Of a stretch of 64,000 nt of DNA, positions 32,820 through 43,754 are shown in pieces. Both the position numbers and the translations under genes were made by a program. The notes under the pieces are model-generated. The model had not been told where the DNA came from. It did not search any database and worked only from the letters and a program-made list of their open reading frames with translations. Origin of the DNA: an uncultured delta proteobacterium (lineage in GTDB: Bacteria > Myxococcota_A > Polyangia > Fen-1088); NCBI GenBank assembly GCA_963737265.1, contig CAVTRY010000010.1:1-64000 (forward strand), read 5' to 3'. The first letter of the stretch is position 1; each line of letters begins with the position of its first letter.

Positions 32820-33627
32820 CTAGCCGCGGCGGCGCCGCAGGGAGCGGCGCCCCCCACCCGGTGAACAACGCACGCGCGATCGGGCCGTCGCCGTAGTCCG
32901 TCGACGAACGCCGCAGCCGCGGCGAAGCGGAAGCCGCCGCGGGGGCAGCGACCTGGGAGAAGGATCCCCTTCGGCGTGTACGGGACGGTTGCGCGCGCGG
33001 TGTTCGTAGTAGGTAGCCCGGCCGCCGGTCCAATCGTCGCTTGAAGTTGGACGACTGAGACGTCGGGTGCTTCCGGCAGACTCGGGACGAGCGGGACCCG
33101 ATGCGGATATCGCCGCCGTACGGCGGCTGCGACGGCAGCAGGACGGCGGGAAGCACGAGGTTGGCAACGACCGGGCTGATGCCCTGGGCGTCTAGCAGCA
33201 GCGCGACCTGCCCGTTCTCGTTTTCTGCGCGCGTGACCGTGATCGCCGCCGGCTCCCGGACGACTCGGGCCCGAAGGGGATCTCGCCGACCGCTGAGCCG
33301 TAGCCCATGATCGAGTCGGGTGGACATCCGGCCGGTCCTAGCGCTTCGAGCGTGGCTGCGGTACACGTTTCGAGGCCGAGGCCGCTCAGCGCTATCCCGA
33401 GATTGTTCGGATAGCGGATATCGAGTCGCTTCAGCGGCGGCGGTACCGCGCCTCTGTTCGTGGAGATCCCGATGCGCCAAAACGATCGATGTGCCCCGGC
33501 CGGGCCGGTCGGGGCGGAGGTGTGCTGCCAGGTGCGCCGACTGGTTGGCGTAGGCCGAGACGGGCAGCAGGCAGCCGATGGCGCACGCCAACAGAAGCGA
33601 TCGGCCTAGGCTGCGGCGCTGGCGCAT
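32820..33627 (-). CDS. Secreted hypothetical protein; frameshifted
   Basis: Signal peptide MRQRRSLGRSLLLACAIGCLLPVSAYA, with beta-rich fragments across frames. Confidence 0.6.
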
Positions 33628-33646
33628 GAGGGCCCCGAAACCCCGT

Positions 33647-34115
33647 TCAGTAGTTGAAGCGACCGCGCGTCTGGATCGTGAGCCTGTAGGTGCGGCGATC
33701 GAATTCTCCGTAGAGGCCTCCGCGCCCGTGCGCGTGCGCGTAGCGGCCTGTGCCGCCCGTGATCACCAGCGTCCCGCCGAACGTCTGGTAGCGACCGGAG
33801 CCGTGTGGCGTCGCCGAACCATGGCCCTTGAGGGCTCCCCGTCGCGGGTATAGAGGATGACGGTCCCACTCGAACGAGGAGCCGACCGTCAGCCATGCGC
33901 GGATGGTGCCTGGAAGCGAGCCGCTCGCATTGCCCTTCCTGGAAGAAGGGTGGCGCCGCTGCTGCGCACATCGTGCAGGTGCCTTCATCGGAGCCGTTCA
34001 CCACATGGGCGGCATGGGCGCGCGACGCTGCCACTGCGACCGCCGTCGCAGCACAAAACGTGGCTAGCGCGGTGAAAAAAGGCCATGTGGTGCGACGCAC
34101 GATCCTCCCCTCCAA
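33647..34115 (-). CDS. Secreted small beta-barrel protein (dirigent/allene-oxide-cyclase-like motif); frameshifted
   Basis: Signal peptide ending ...AHA, and TFGGTLVITGGTGRYAHAHGRG. Confidence 0.55.
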
Positions 34116-34157
34116 TCAGTCGTCGGGCATCCGCGATTGTGCGCAGATCACGGCCCA

Positions 34158-35039
34158 TTAAACACCCAAGGGGACGCTTCGGACCGGTCTGGGTGGCTCG
34201 CGAGCGGCGCGAGGCGGCGCCGCGCGACGACGAGGTTCCGGCGCCACGCGGGAACGCTGACCGCTCCCCTCTGACGCCCCAAGCCCTCGCGCTCGATCTG
34301 CCGCAGGATCTCGCGGTAGAGCGAGGCGCGAACAGCGATCCCGAGATGACCGCGGGAGAGGAGTCGTATGCCGTCGTGCCCTTCGTCGTAGAGACTTGTC
34401 CGCGCGCGCTATCTTGGTCCCGCAGCAACTCGCCTCTTGCTCCCGGCGACGGGAAACCGAAGCGCCCGATCGACGCCCGCGAGATGTAGATCCTGCCGCG
34501 GGAGAGATCCTCGTCGACGTCCCGTAGGACGTTGGTGAGCTGCATCGCCTGGCCAAGCGTGGCGATCTTCGCCTTCGCATCCGCCGCCCGCGTGCCGAGC
34601 AGCTCAGCGACCATGACGGCGACAGATCCTCCGACGTGCGCGCAATAGAGATCGAGGTCTTCATCCGTCTCGATCGCCGTGCGAGCCAAATCGTCGCCCG
34701 AAACGCGGCACAGAGGTCGATGAAGGGCTCCGGTGAGAGGGGATAGCGGCGCGAGAGATCGGCGAGCGTGAGCGTGGCGGCTGCTGGGGGCGTCTTTCAC
34801 CCGCTAGCCAGTCCATCCACGGCGCCCAGCTGCTCCGCCTGCGTCTGGTCGGAGTCACGGTCCACCGCATCGTCCAGCACACGCAGCGCGGCGTAGAGGC
34901 GATAGACATCATCCCGCACGTCCGCGGGCAGTAGTCGGAGACCCGGCGCCAGCGTGCTCTTCCTCGGGCGGGCGCACCGACTCCGTTGGGGATCTTCCCC
35001 GAGCTGGGCAAGCAGCGCTGTCGTCGTCCTCGTCGACAT
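34158..35039 (-). CDS. Squalene/phytoene synthase family protein; frameshifted
   Basis: LLPADVRDDVYRLYAALRVLDDAVD, DLDLYCAHVGGSV, LGQAMQLTNVLRDVDEDLSRGRIY. Confidence 0.88.
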
Positions 35040-35086
35040 CGCAGAACTTCGACAGTAGCGGATCAGCGAAGGTCGGCTCGGACGGG

Positions 35087-37646
35087 CTACTCGGTCGAGA
35101 AACGCGGCTCGCGGCTGGAAGCCGACCGTTCTCAGCACGGCGATCGTCGACCGCGCCGATGGAGATCACCAGCGCGACCGCAACCGCGCGAAATCCGAGT
35201 TGCCACGCCGGCTGGAAATGAACCTGGGTGTCGGTGACGCGCGCGGCCCAGTTGTCGGCCAGGCCTTGTGCCAGGATGCCTCCCGCGAGGCCCAGCAGGC
35301 AGCCGCCGAGGAGCATCGAGCCACCCTCGTAGAAGATCAGTCGGGCGAGCTGCGAGAAGCTCATGCCGATCGAGATAGGGCGTCGATCCGCCCGCGGCGC
35401 TGCCAGACAGCCGCGACCATCATCGCGACGACCGAGACGATCGCCGCGACCAGGACGATCGTGGTCGTGTCGGTCAGGCGTGAGAGGGTGCTGCCGAGGA
35501 CGCTCCTGATTTCGGACTGCCGTTCCCCGCGAGTCTGGACGGCGAGCGGCGAGCCAACCGGCAGCGCGCCTTCGACGGCGCGCTTGCCCTGCGCCTCCGC
35601 GACGCCCGGGTCGAGGACGACGCCAAGCTGGCTCACGCCCGGTCCTCCCCAAAGTCGCGCGTAGTCGTCGCCGTTTAGCAGCACCGTCCCCGAGGGCCAG
35701 CCGTAGTTGTAGATGCGTGGCCGCCAAGCGAAGCTCGCAGGGCCCGTCGGCGTCGGCAGTCGCAGCCGCCCGCCGATATGCGCGTGCTGTTCTGTTGCGA
35801 TCGCCTGGCTCACGACCGCCCAGCCGCCTTCGCGCAGACGCTCTTCCGCTCTCGCGCGAGACCCGTGGACGAGCTGCACGGGGGCAATCACCGCGCGCGG
35901 CCTGCGACGGACTCCCTATCACCCAGACCCGGCGGTTTGGCAGGTCGAGGAACGAGGAGCGGAATGGCAGCACCGAGCGCACACCGGGTACGCGCGCGAG
36001 TGCGCGCTGAGTGTCCTCTGACGCGAAGGGCTGCGTCGCGTAGATGTTCGCCGCGCCACCTGGCCTGATCCACAGATCGGCGCTCAGCCCCGTCTGTTCG
36101 GCTCCCGCGTCGACGGCGCGCTGCACGTCGGCGACCGAGCCGCCGATCTGAACCATCAGGAACAGCGCGATCGTGCCGGTGGCGAACAGGGCGACCGAGC
36201 GGGAGGGCGAGCCGCGAAGCTCGGCGACCGCCAGGCGTGCGAGGGGTCGCCGAGATGCCGCGAGAGCGTCCCGCGGCGGACAGCAGGAGCGCACGATCAT
36301 CGGCAGGCAGAGCACCAGGCCGCGCCGCGAGCGCGACGAGCCCGCCGATCGGACGGCTGGCCAGAGCAGCGACGCAGCAGCGGATACGCATATCAGCGCC
36401 GCTCCGCCGGCGAACACGGCCAGCCGCGAAGCGCGGTCGCGTATGCAGCGAGAGCGTGCGGCCGACCGCGTATGGGCTCAGCTCCCGCGCCGCTGCGGAG
36501 CACCGCGATCGCCGGCAGCGCGGCGGCGGCGAAGCGCGGCGAGCGATGCCCGCGCCGAGCGCGATCAGCGATCGTCTGCCGACCCGATGACGCGCTGCGA
36601 GCCGATCGGGAACGCTGCGGTCAGGTAGCCGGGGAGCGAACGGAAGGCCACGAGCGAGATCGCGTCACCCACCAGCAGGCCGAGCACGCAGCCGATGAGG
36701 CCGAGAAGGAACGCATCGAACGCGAGCGAGGCGACGACCATCGAGTCGGGCGTCCCGAGCTCGATCAGGTAGCCGATGAAGCGTCGCCGCTCACCGCTCG
36801 CGAGCAGCAACGCGTTGTAGGCGAGAACGATCCCGACGACGATGCTGATCGCACTGAAGAGTAGCCGTCAGCTGCGCCTCCGGCGCCGCGGCGCTCGCGA
36901 GCAGCCTGCCTTCGCTTCCGACCGGACGGACGTTCAGCTCCGGCCGTAGCGCCTCGTCAGCTCCCGCCGTAGCTGCGCTTCCCGGCCTGGACGAGGCTCG
37001 ATCAGGACGCGCGTCAGGCGACCCGGGAGTCCGGCGAATCCTCTGGACCACCGGCAAGCGGCGCCGCCGCTAAAGGGCTCTGCGCGAGCGGACCGAGCTT
37101 GCTTGCCGGCACGGCTCGCGTCGAGCGCGATGTGTTCGGCTCGCGCCCCGACCTGGATCGTGACGTCGCTCCCCGGGTCGCGCCGATCGCCCGCGCGGTC
37201 GGCGCGGTCATCACCAGCAGCCCTCGTCTCAGGCGCTCTCGCCGGCCTGCTGCGACTGGCGGTGGAGAGCTTGCCGTGCAGCGAGGCCAGTTCTTCGTGC
37301 GCCGACGAGCCTGAGCGCCGTCTGGCAACCGCGAGGCCCGACGGCACGATCACCTGTTGCTCGAAGATCGGCGCCGCGGCCTTGACGCCGGGGTCGCGTT
37401 CGATTTCGTTCGACCATGCGTTCGTCGAACCCTTCGGGCGCGCGGCGGCCACTTCGAGCGTCGCGTGGCCCGCGACGCCGTGGACGATTTCTTCGAAGGA
37501 GCCGGTGATGCTGCGGTGGCGACCTGGACGGCGAACAGCAGCGCGACGCCGGCGGCGACGCCGGCGACCGCCATCAGCTCGCGCAGCGGCTGGACGCGCA
37601 GATGCCGGCGGTAGAAGAGCAGCAGCGTACGCAGGTCACCGATCAT
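35087..37646 (-). CDS. FtsX/MacB-type ABC transporter permease; many frameshifts
   Basis: AGVAAGVALLFAVQV, SGERRRFIGYLIELG, SIGMSFSQLARLIFYEGG: a duplicated FtsX architecture. Confidence 0.85.
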
Positions 37647-38342
37647 TCTTCGAGCGCCGCCTGCGTCTCGAGGTCGGGCTCGGTCAGCTTGCCGTCGCGC
37701 ATCGCGAGCACCCGGTCGGCGTAACGCGCGACGCGCGCGTCGTGGGTGACGAGGATCGCGGCGGCGCCGTGCTCGCGCGGGAGCTCGCTCAACAGCTCGA
37801 GCACGCACTCACCGGTCTCGGTGTCGAGGTTGCCGGTGGGCTCGTCGGCGAGCACGAGCTTCGGTCTGCCGACGAGCGCCCGGGCGATCGCGACGCGCTG
37901 CTGCTCGCCGCCCGAGAGCCGGTCGGGGCCGTGCTCGGCGCGCTCGGCCAGGCCGACCTCAGCGAGCGCCGCGAGCGCCCGCTCGCGCGCCGGCGTGGTG
38001 CCCACGCCGCGAGCAGCAGCGGCATCGCGACGTTCTCCTCGGCGGTGAGGCCCGGCCATCAGGTTGAAGTCCTGGAAGACGAAGCCGAGTTCGCGCGCCG
38101 GTAGTCGAGGACTCGCGCTTGGAAGGGTCGCCAAGGTCGCGTCCCTCGAAGCGCACGCTGCCGGCGTCGGCCTTCGAAGCAGCCCGCCGGGGAGCAGCAG
38201 CAGCGTGGTCTTGCCCGAGCCGCTCGGCCCGAAGATCGCCACGAGCTCGCGCTCGCGCACACTCATGCTCACGTCGTCGGACGGCGTGCACGGCGCCAGC
38301 CGGAGCTCGTCGTAGTACTTGAGTACGTTCTATCTCAAGCAC
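37643..38342 (-). CDS. ABC transporter ATP-binding protein (LolD/MacB-like); frameshifted
   Basis: [45 protein letters not shown] overlap with the permease. Confidence 0.92.
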
Positions 38343-39074
38343 GGCCGCGCCCGTCGGCGCGACCGCGCTGACGTGAAGGGGACGTAGACGTTGCCCTCGC
38401 TCGCCGGGCTCGGCGTTGACGAGCCTGCCGTCGCAGATATAGAGGAAGGGGTCTGCTCGAATCAGCGCGTGGCATCGCTATCGGTGATGAGCACGGCCAC
38501 CTTGGCCTCGTACGCGAGCGATGCGAGCAGCCCCATCACCCTTCCTGCTCGATGGCGAAAGGCTCGACGCCGGGCCGTCGGCCAGCAACAGGCGCGGTTC
38601 GCTCACGAGCGCGCGGGCGATCGCCACGCGCTGGCGCTCGCCGTCGGAGAGCTCGTGCAGCTCCATCCCGACGCTGCTCGCCTCGCAGGCGAGCAGCGCC
38701 TCCCGCGCGCGCCGCTCGGCGCCTCGATGGTCGTGGCGGTCGACCAGCAGCGGCAGCGACACGTAGTCGAGGACGCCGAGTCGCTCGTGGCCGCTTTGCG
38801 ATCTCCAGACGCACGCGATCTCGCGTCGCCGGTAGCGCAGCCGGTCGGCGGGCGACATCTCGGCAAGCCGCTCGCCGTTGTAGGTGACGGTGCCGCTGTC
38901 GGGCGTCTGGAGCCCGGCGACGATTCGAAGAAGTGTCGTCTTGCCGGAGCCACTCGGCCCGAATATCCCCATGATCTGGCCGCGCTCGAGCTCGAGCGAG
39001 ACGCCCGCAAGGGCGACTCTGCTCCCACCGGGGCGCTCATAGCTCTTGCTGACCTCCTGCAGGCGAAGAATCAC
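38335..39074 (-). CDS. Second ABC ATP-binding protein with degenerate motifs
   Basis: GPSGSGKTT present, but signature is LSDGERQR and Walker B is LLADGP. Has its own GGAGGA RBS before GTG 39074. The 3' end is approximate. Confidence 0.8.
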
Positions 39075-39818
39075 GTCCGCGGTTCCTCCGTCTCTGATTG
39101 TCCGGGCAAGCCGTCGGCCCAAGCCTTCGCCGCCTTGCCCACCACCCTCGAGCGCGCTCAGCTCCGTCTCGCGTGCGGACATCCTGGCGAACAGGCCCTG
39201 ACGAACGATACGGCTGGCGGAGGCCGCATCGCGCGTCCCAAGCGCGCGCGCGCCTGAAGGCCATATCACGTCCTCGTGCTCGAGCAGCGACAGCACCACC
39301 TCGCGCGCCCGACGCGCCCACCGCAGTTCTCCCTGCAGCGCGTAGATGTCAGCGCTCAAATTCAGGCGCAGCAGGACCTGGTCGGCACGCACCGAGGTTT
39401 CCTGACCTGCGATGGACGCCTCCTGGCTGACCAGCTCGGCGAGCAGCTCGGCGCGATCGCGCTCGAAGGCGTCGATCTGTTCCAGCGTTTGCCTGATCCG
39501 CGCAGGCCCGGACAGCGTGACCTTTGCCAGCAGCGGCCGTCGCGCCGGTCGCGGCCGCTCGATCGCCTCGTCGAGCCACTCCTCGAACGCCTGCGTTCCC
39601 TCGCTCGTGATCGCATACACGTGGCGCCCCTCACGCGTGCGCCTGTTGTCAACCCGCTCGATGTGGCCCTTGTTGCGGAGCCACTCGATGTCCTGGTAGA
39701 GCTGCCCCGAGTTCACCCGCCAAGCAGGGCCCAACCGTCGCTGCAGGCGCTCGCCGAGCTCGTACGGGTAGCCCGGTCTGTCCAGTAGAAGCCCCAGTAA
39801 CGCATGCTTGGCGGACAT
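39071..39818 (-). CDS. PadR-family transcriptional regulator (reads in frame into the ABC ATPase)
   Basis: MSAKHALLGLLLDRPGYPYEL, NSGQLYQ, RHVYAITSEGTQAFEEWL, and a C-terminal helical domain ending ELRW. Confidence 0.88.
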
Positions 39819-39936
39819 CTGAGCCCCATCCCTCGTAGGCGCCCCGCGCACGATCCTCCTCGGCACCGGCGCGCATCGTGACCTTTGCTACGCGAACCCT
39901 ACACCTGCAGGCGCCGACCGGCCAGCTCGGCGCCGA

Positions 39937-40122
39937 CGAATACCTAGCTTAAAGGTGGCATGGGCCCGCACCGCGCGGTGACGGGGAAGCCCTCAATTAG
40001 GGCCTCGATGCAGGGATGATCGCCCGTCAGAGCCGCCCGCGAGACCCTACCTAGTCACTAGGTGCTTAGCGCGAATGCCTCGGTTTAAGGTATTGACGCG
40101 TGGCTCTGGCGGGGCGTATACG
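39937..40122. promoter_or_regulatory. Divergent control region: four RCCY-N7-RGGY boxes and a sigma70-like promoter
   Basis: Boxes at 39942, 39989, 40049 and 40077. TTGACG (40093)-N18-TATACG (40117) on the + strand. Confidence 0.6.
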
Positions 40123-40499
40123 AGCGGAAGTGAGCGTACGCGGGCACGAGTGGGACAACGACTTCTCTCCGTCCTCCCAGGGAGAGGGGACCTTCGCCCG
40201 CCGGGAGCAGCCGCCGACACGGGGCTTGTTGCTCGGCGTGCCTCATCTCCTCCAGGCAGGGGGCCGGGTGCCACCGTGGCATTCGGCCCCCGGCGAACCA
40301 CGCGCCTGTCGCGGTGAGCGGCGGCGTTCCGTAGGCCGAGCGGGGAGAGGACACAACCGGGGCGGTCCGTCGAGGCATCACCTACATCGCTATGTGGGGT
40401 CCTGCACGCGGCGTCGTCGGATCGCCCCGGTCAGAGGCGACGGGGTGGGAAGCGTTGGCGACCCAGGGGCCGCCGGTCGTGAGCAAGGCGTATCTCTTG

Positions 40500-41136
40500 A
40501 TGGCAATCCGCGTTCGCGGCTGGCTCGGCGACGCGGAGATAGTCGATGAGCGCGCCGTGAGCGCGAGCGGTTTCGTGGCGACATCTGAGCCGGTTCGCCC
40601 CCGGACTTCGCGGCCCGCACGCGCGATCGGATGCCGCTCCGGCGTCAGCCCCGTCGCGTGGCGACCGGCGCCAACGCTCGAGTACCGCGACTGGCTCGCT
40701 CGAGGGAAGGCGCATCGGGGTCCTCTCCCGCGGGAGCCAATGGTGGGTGGGGGACTGGCTTCTCTACGGCACCGGCAGATGGGGCGAGATGTACGTCGCC
40801 GCGGCGAAGGCCACGGGCTATGACCCCAAGAGCCTTCGCAACTATCGCTATGTCGCCTCGCGCGTGAGCGTGTCCTTACGTAAGGACAATCTGACCTTCG
40901 GCCACCACGCGCTCGTGGCGAGCCTCGAGCCCAACGCGCAGCGCACCTGGCTCGAGCGGGCGATTCACGATCGGCTCTCGGTAGAGGACCTGCGAGGTGA
41001 GCTCCGTGCCGAGCGCTGCCACGACATCACGGCTCCGCCAGAGCGCGAGTCGCTCGCGGCGGCACCGCTGGAGAGGGTCATCATCTGCCCGAGCTGCGGC
41101 GATCCCGTCCCGGTCCCAATCGGAGCGCTCAGGTGA
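40500..41136 (+). CDS. LmbU-family transcriptional regulator; frameshift ~40697; start uncertain
   Basis: GRRIG...SQWWVGDWLLYG, TGYDPKSLRNYRYVA, LTFGHHALVASL, WLERA, and C-terminal CPSCG. Confidence 0.82.
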
Positions 41137-41200
41137 GCGGGACGAGTCATGATCGCGGCGCTCGAGATCGGGTGTTCTTCCCTACGGACGGAGGTGGCGT

Positions 41201-42979
41201 GTGAGGTTTCTAGATCGCTTGAGAGTCATCAGGGCGAACCTGTTGGGCGTTTCGCTGATGACGGCAGCGCTGTTCACGCTGGGTCCCGCCGTGGCGGCGA
41301 GGGCGAGCGCTCCGTCGGCGACGTGGAAGGGCGCGGCGCCGGGCGTCGCAAAGAGCGACGCCTATTGGTCGCTCGGCGCCAACTGGGAAGCAGGCGTCGC
41401 GCCGAGTGCCTCCGAAGGGATCGCCACGCTCACGTTTCCGCGCCTCACCACTCCGACCTGCGAATCGGCGATCCCGGCCGACACCTGCTACCTCTCTTTC
41501 AACAACCTGGTCGGGCTCTCGGTGGAAGCGCTGAAGCTCGACGACGGCGACGAATACCTGATCGCGGGGGAACCGTTCACGCTCGGCAGCGGTGGGCTGA
41601 GCGCCACGCCGGCGAGCGGCAGCTCTGGCGAAGCCGCCGATGTCGTGGAGGCGCCCATCCAGCTCGGCGCCTCCCAGGACTGGCAGCTCGCCGGCCGCGG
41701 CGGGCTCGTGGCGGAAAACGGCCTCGTCCTGTTCGACGGCACCTTCGGATCGGGAAGTGTGAGCGGGTCCGGGAGCTCGCTGTCAATCGAACTGAGCGAA
41801 GGACCGCTCTTCTTCCTCGACAAGACCGACACCGAGGTCGGGCCGCTCACGATCTCCGGCGCGAACACGGGCGCGATCGCCTCCAACGGGCTCTTCTCGA
41901 TGCTCGACGCCAAGCTCAACTCCTCTGACTCGCAGCCGGTGAGCGTGAGCCACGTCTTCTTCGCCGGAAGCGGCGCGATAGGCCCGCTGAGCACGAGCGA
42001 TACCGATCTCGACGTCGGCGCCGTCGGCGAAGACCTCGAAGTGGCGAGCGCCAAGCTCGGCTCCGGCACGTCCGTCGAATTCACGATCACGGGCGAGGGC
42101 ACCGCCCCCGCGGTCGACTACGCCCAGCTGGTATCGCGCGGCGCGGTCGCGCTCGAAGGCGCGAAGGTCGAAGTCGTCGTACGGCCGCCGAACGAAGGCT
42201 CGGCGTGTCCGGTTCTCAGCGCCGGCGAGACCTACACGTTCGTCTCGAGCACCGGCGCGCTCTCCGGCGCCTTTCAGAACGCACCCGAAGGAGGCGCCGA
42301 AATCCCCGTCCGCTACGGGCTCGCATGCGCGGCGAAACCGTCGCAGACGATCGCGATCTCCTACCACGAGAGCGGCCCCACGGAGACCGTTACAGGCACG
42401 GTCGAAGAAGCAGCCTCCAGGCAGCGCCAGGAAGAAGAAGCGAAGACGAGGGGGCGCGAGGAAGAAGAAGCGGCGGCACGGCGCAAGGCAGAAGAAGCGA
42501 GTGCGCACGGGCCGTCGGGCGCGGCAGGGCCCGGCACCACGCCGGGGGGGACCGTCGTGGCGCCGGGCAGCGCCCCGCGCGAAGAAGTGTTCAGCGAAGG
42601 CGGCGGCGATGAAATCGCTGCGCTGCTCAGCCGCGAGCTCACCCCGAGGGGCACATCGGCACGGATCGCAAGCGTGCTGAGCGCGGGCGGCTACACGATC
42701 TCCTTCAGCGCGCCGGCCGCGGGCACCGCGGTGCTCGATTGGTACGAGCTCCCGCACGGAGGGAAAGCCAGCGCAGCGAAGACGAAGCCGCTGCTCGTCG
42801 CCTCCGGCCGTCTGCGGTTCTCGAAGGCGGGCCGAAAGAAGCTGAGGATCAAGCTCACTGCTTCTGGGCGTTCGTTGCTAAGCCACTCGCAGAGCGTCAA
42901 GCTCACGGCGAAGGGGACGTTCACGCCACCCGGGGAAGAACCAGTTGTCGTGACGAAGTCGTTTGTGCTGAGGCGCTGA
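41201..42979 (+). CDS. Secreted surface protein (beta-helix-like N-terminus, charged linker, basic C-terminal domain)
   Basis: Signal peptide, WSLGANW and Gly/Ser-rich beta repeats, EEEAK linker, Lys-rich C-terminal beta domain. Confidence 0.8.
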   Translation: MRFLDRLRVIRANLLGVSLMTAALFTLGPAVAARASAPSATWKGAAPGVAKSDAYWSLGANWEAGVAPSASEGIATLTFPRLTTPTCESAIPADTCYLSFNNLVGLSVEALKLDDGDEYLIAGEPFTLGSGGLSATPASGSSGEAADVVEAPIQLGASQDWQLAGRGGLVAENGLVLFDGTFGSGSVSGSGSSLSIELSEGPLFFLDKTDTEVGPLTISGANTGAIASNGLFSMLDAKLNSSDSQPVSVSHVFFAGSGAIGPLSTSDTDLDVGAVGEDLEVASAKLGSGTSVEFTITGEGTAPAVDYAQLVSRGAVALEGAKVEVVVRPPNEGSACPVLSAGETYTFVSSTGALSGAFQNAPEGGAEIPVRYGLACAAKPSQTIAISYHESGPTETVTGTVEEAASRQRQEEEAKTRGREEEEAAARRKAEEASAHGPSGAAGPGTTPGGTVVAPGSAPREEVFSEGGGDEIAALLSRELTPRGTSARIASVLSAGGYTISFSAPAAGTAVLDWYELPHGGKASAAKTKPLLVASGRLRFSKAGRKKLRIKLTASGRSLLSHSQSVKLTAKGTFTPPGEEPVVVTKSFVLRR

Positions 42980-43016
42980 AAGGCAGCTGTGCGAGTCTGT
43001 GGATAGGATCGTCGAA

Positions 43017-43754
43017 ATGGTGAGGAAGATCTGCGGAGGGCGATTGCTGATTTCCTGCGTTGCAGTGGGATGCTTGCTCGCGCCAAGCTCGGTCACGGCG
43101 TTCACCTACGGCGGGTCGCCGTGGGAAGCGTGCAACCTGGCTACGGGCGCCGCGGAAGCCGTTGCCAAGCACATGGAACAGACGCCCGCCGAAGCCGCTA
43201 CGGTCGATCTCGAAGTGCCCGTCACATTGTCAAGCGGCGCGCTCGGCGGTGCGGCACCGACGTTTGAGATCGCCTCCTCGCCGACGCTCATATCGACTCC
43301 GGATATCGACCACGGTACGGGGTCGGCGCAGGCGCCGGGAACGTACTCGTTCACGTCGACGCGAGCGACGAGCGTCGCACGGACGATCTACTGGGTCGCG
43401 AGCTACACCTTCGTCCCTGAAGACTGCGAACACCCAGTGACGTTCACGACTCCCGTGCGGACATTGAGCGTCGTGCCGCCTGCCACGCCGACAAGCGAAC
43501 TCGAATCCGCCGGCGCGGGCCGGGGCCGAGCCGGATGCATCGTCCCGAGGCTGATCGGAGACTCACTCGGCCAGGCACGCAGAGCGCTGCGTCACGCGCA
43601 TTGCGCGCTCGGCGCCGTGAGCAAACGCGGGCGAGACGTTCGCCAGCTCGTGGTAACGCGCCAGAGCATTGCCCCCGGTCGCAAACGTAGCGCCGGCACT
43701 GAGGTGGCGGTAGGCGTCGGAGCGCGAGCGCAGCGTGGGAAGCAGAATCACTGA
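43017..43754 (+). CDS. Secreted protein with C-terminal PASTA-like domain
   Basis: Signal peptide; CIVPRLIGDSLGQARRALRHAHCALG...VVTRQSIAPG. Confidence 0.78.
   Translation: MVRKICGGRLLISCVAVGCLLAPSSVTAFTYGGSPWEACNLATGAAEAVAKHMEQTPAEAATVDLEVPVTLSSGALGGAAPTFEIASSPTLISTPDIDHGTGSAQAPGTYSFTSTRATSVARTIYWVASYTFVPEDCEHPVTFTTPVRTLSVVPPATPTSELESAGAGRGRAGCIVPRLIGDSLGQARRALRHAHCALGAVSKRGRDVRQLVVTRQSIAPGRKRSAGTEVAVGVGARAQRGKQNH

Noticed and set aside
32091-41620. CGCCGGCG matches as LmbU binding sites
   Set aside because: Those noticed lie within coding sequence and are expected by chance at this GC content.
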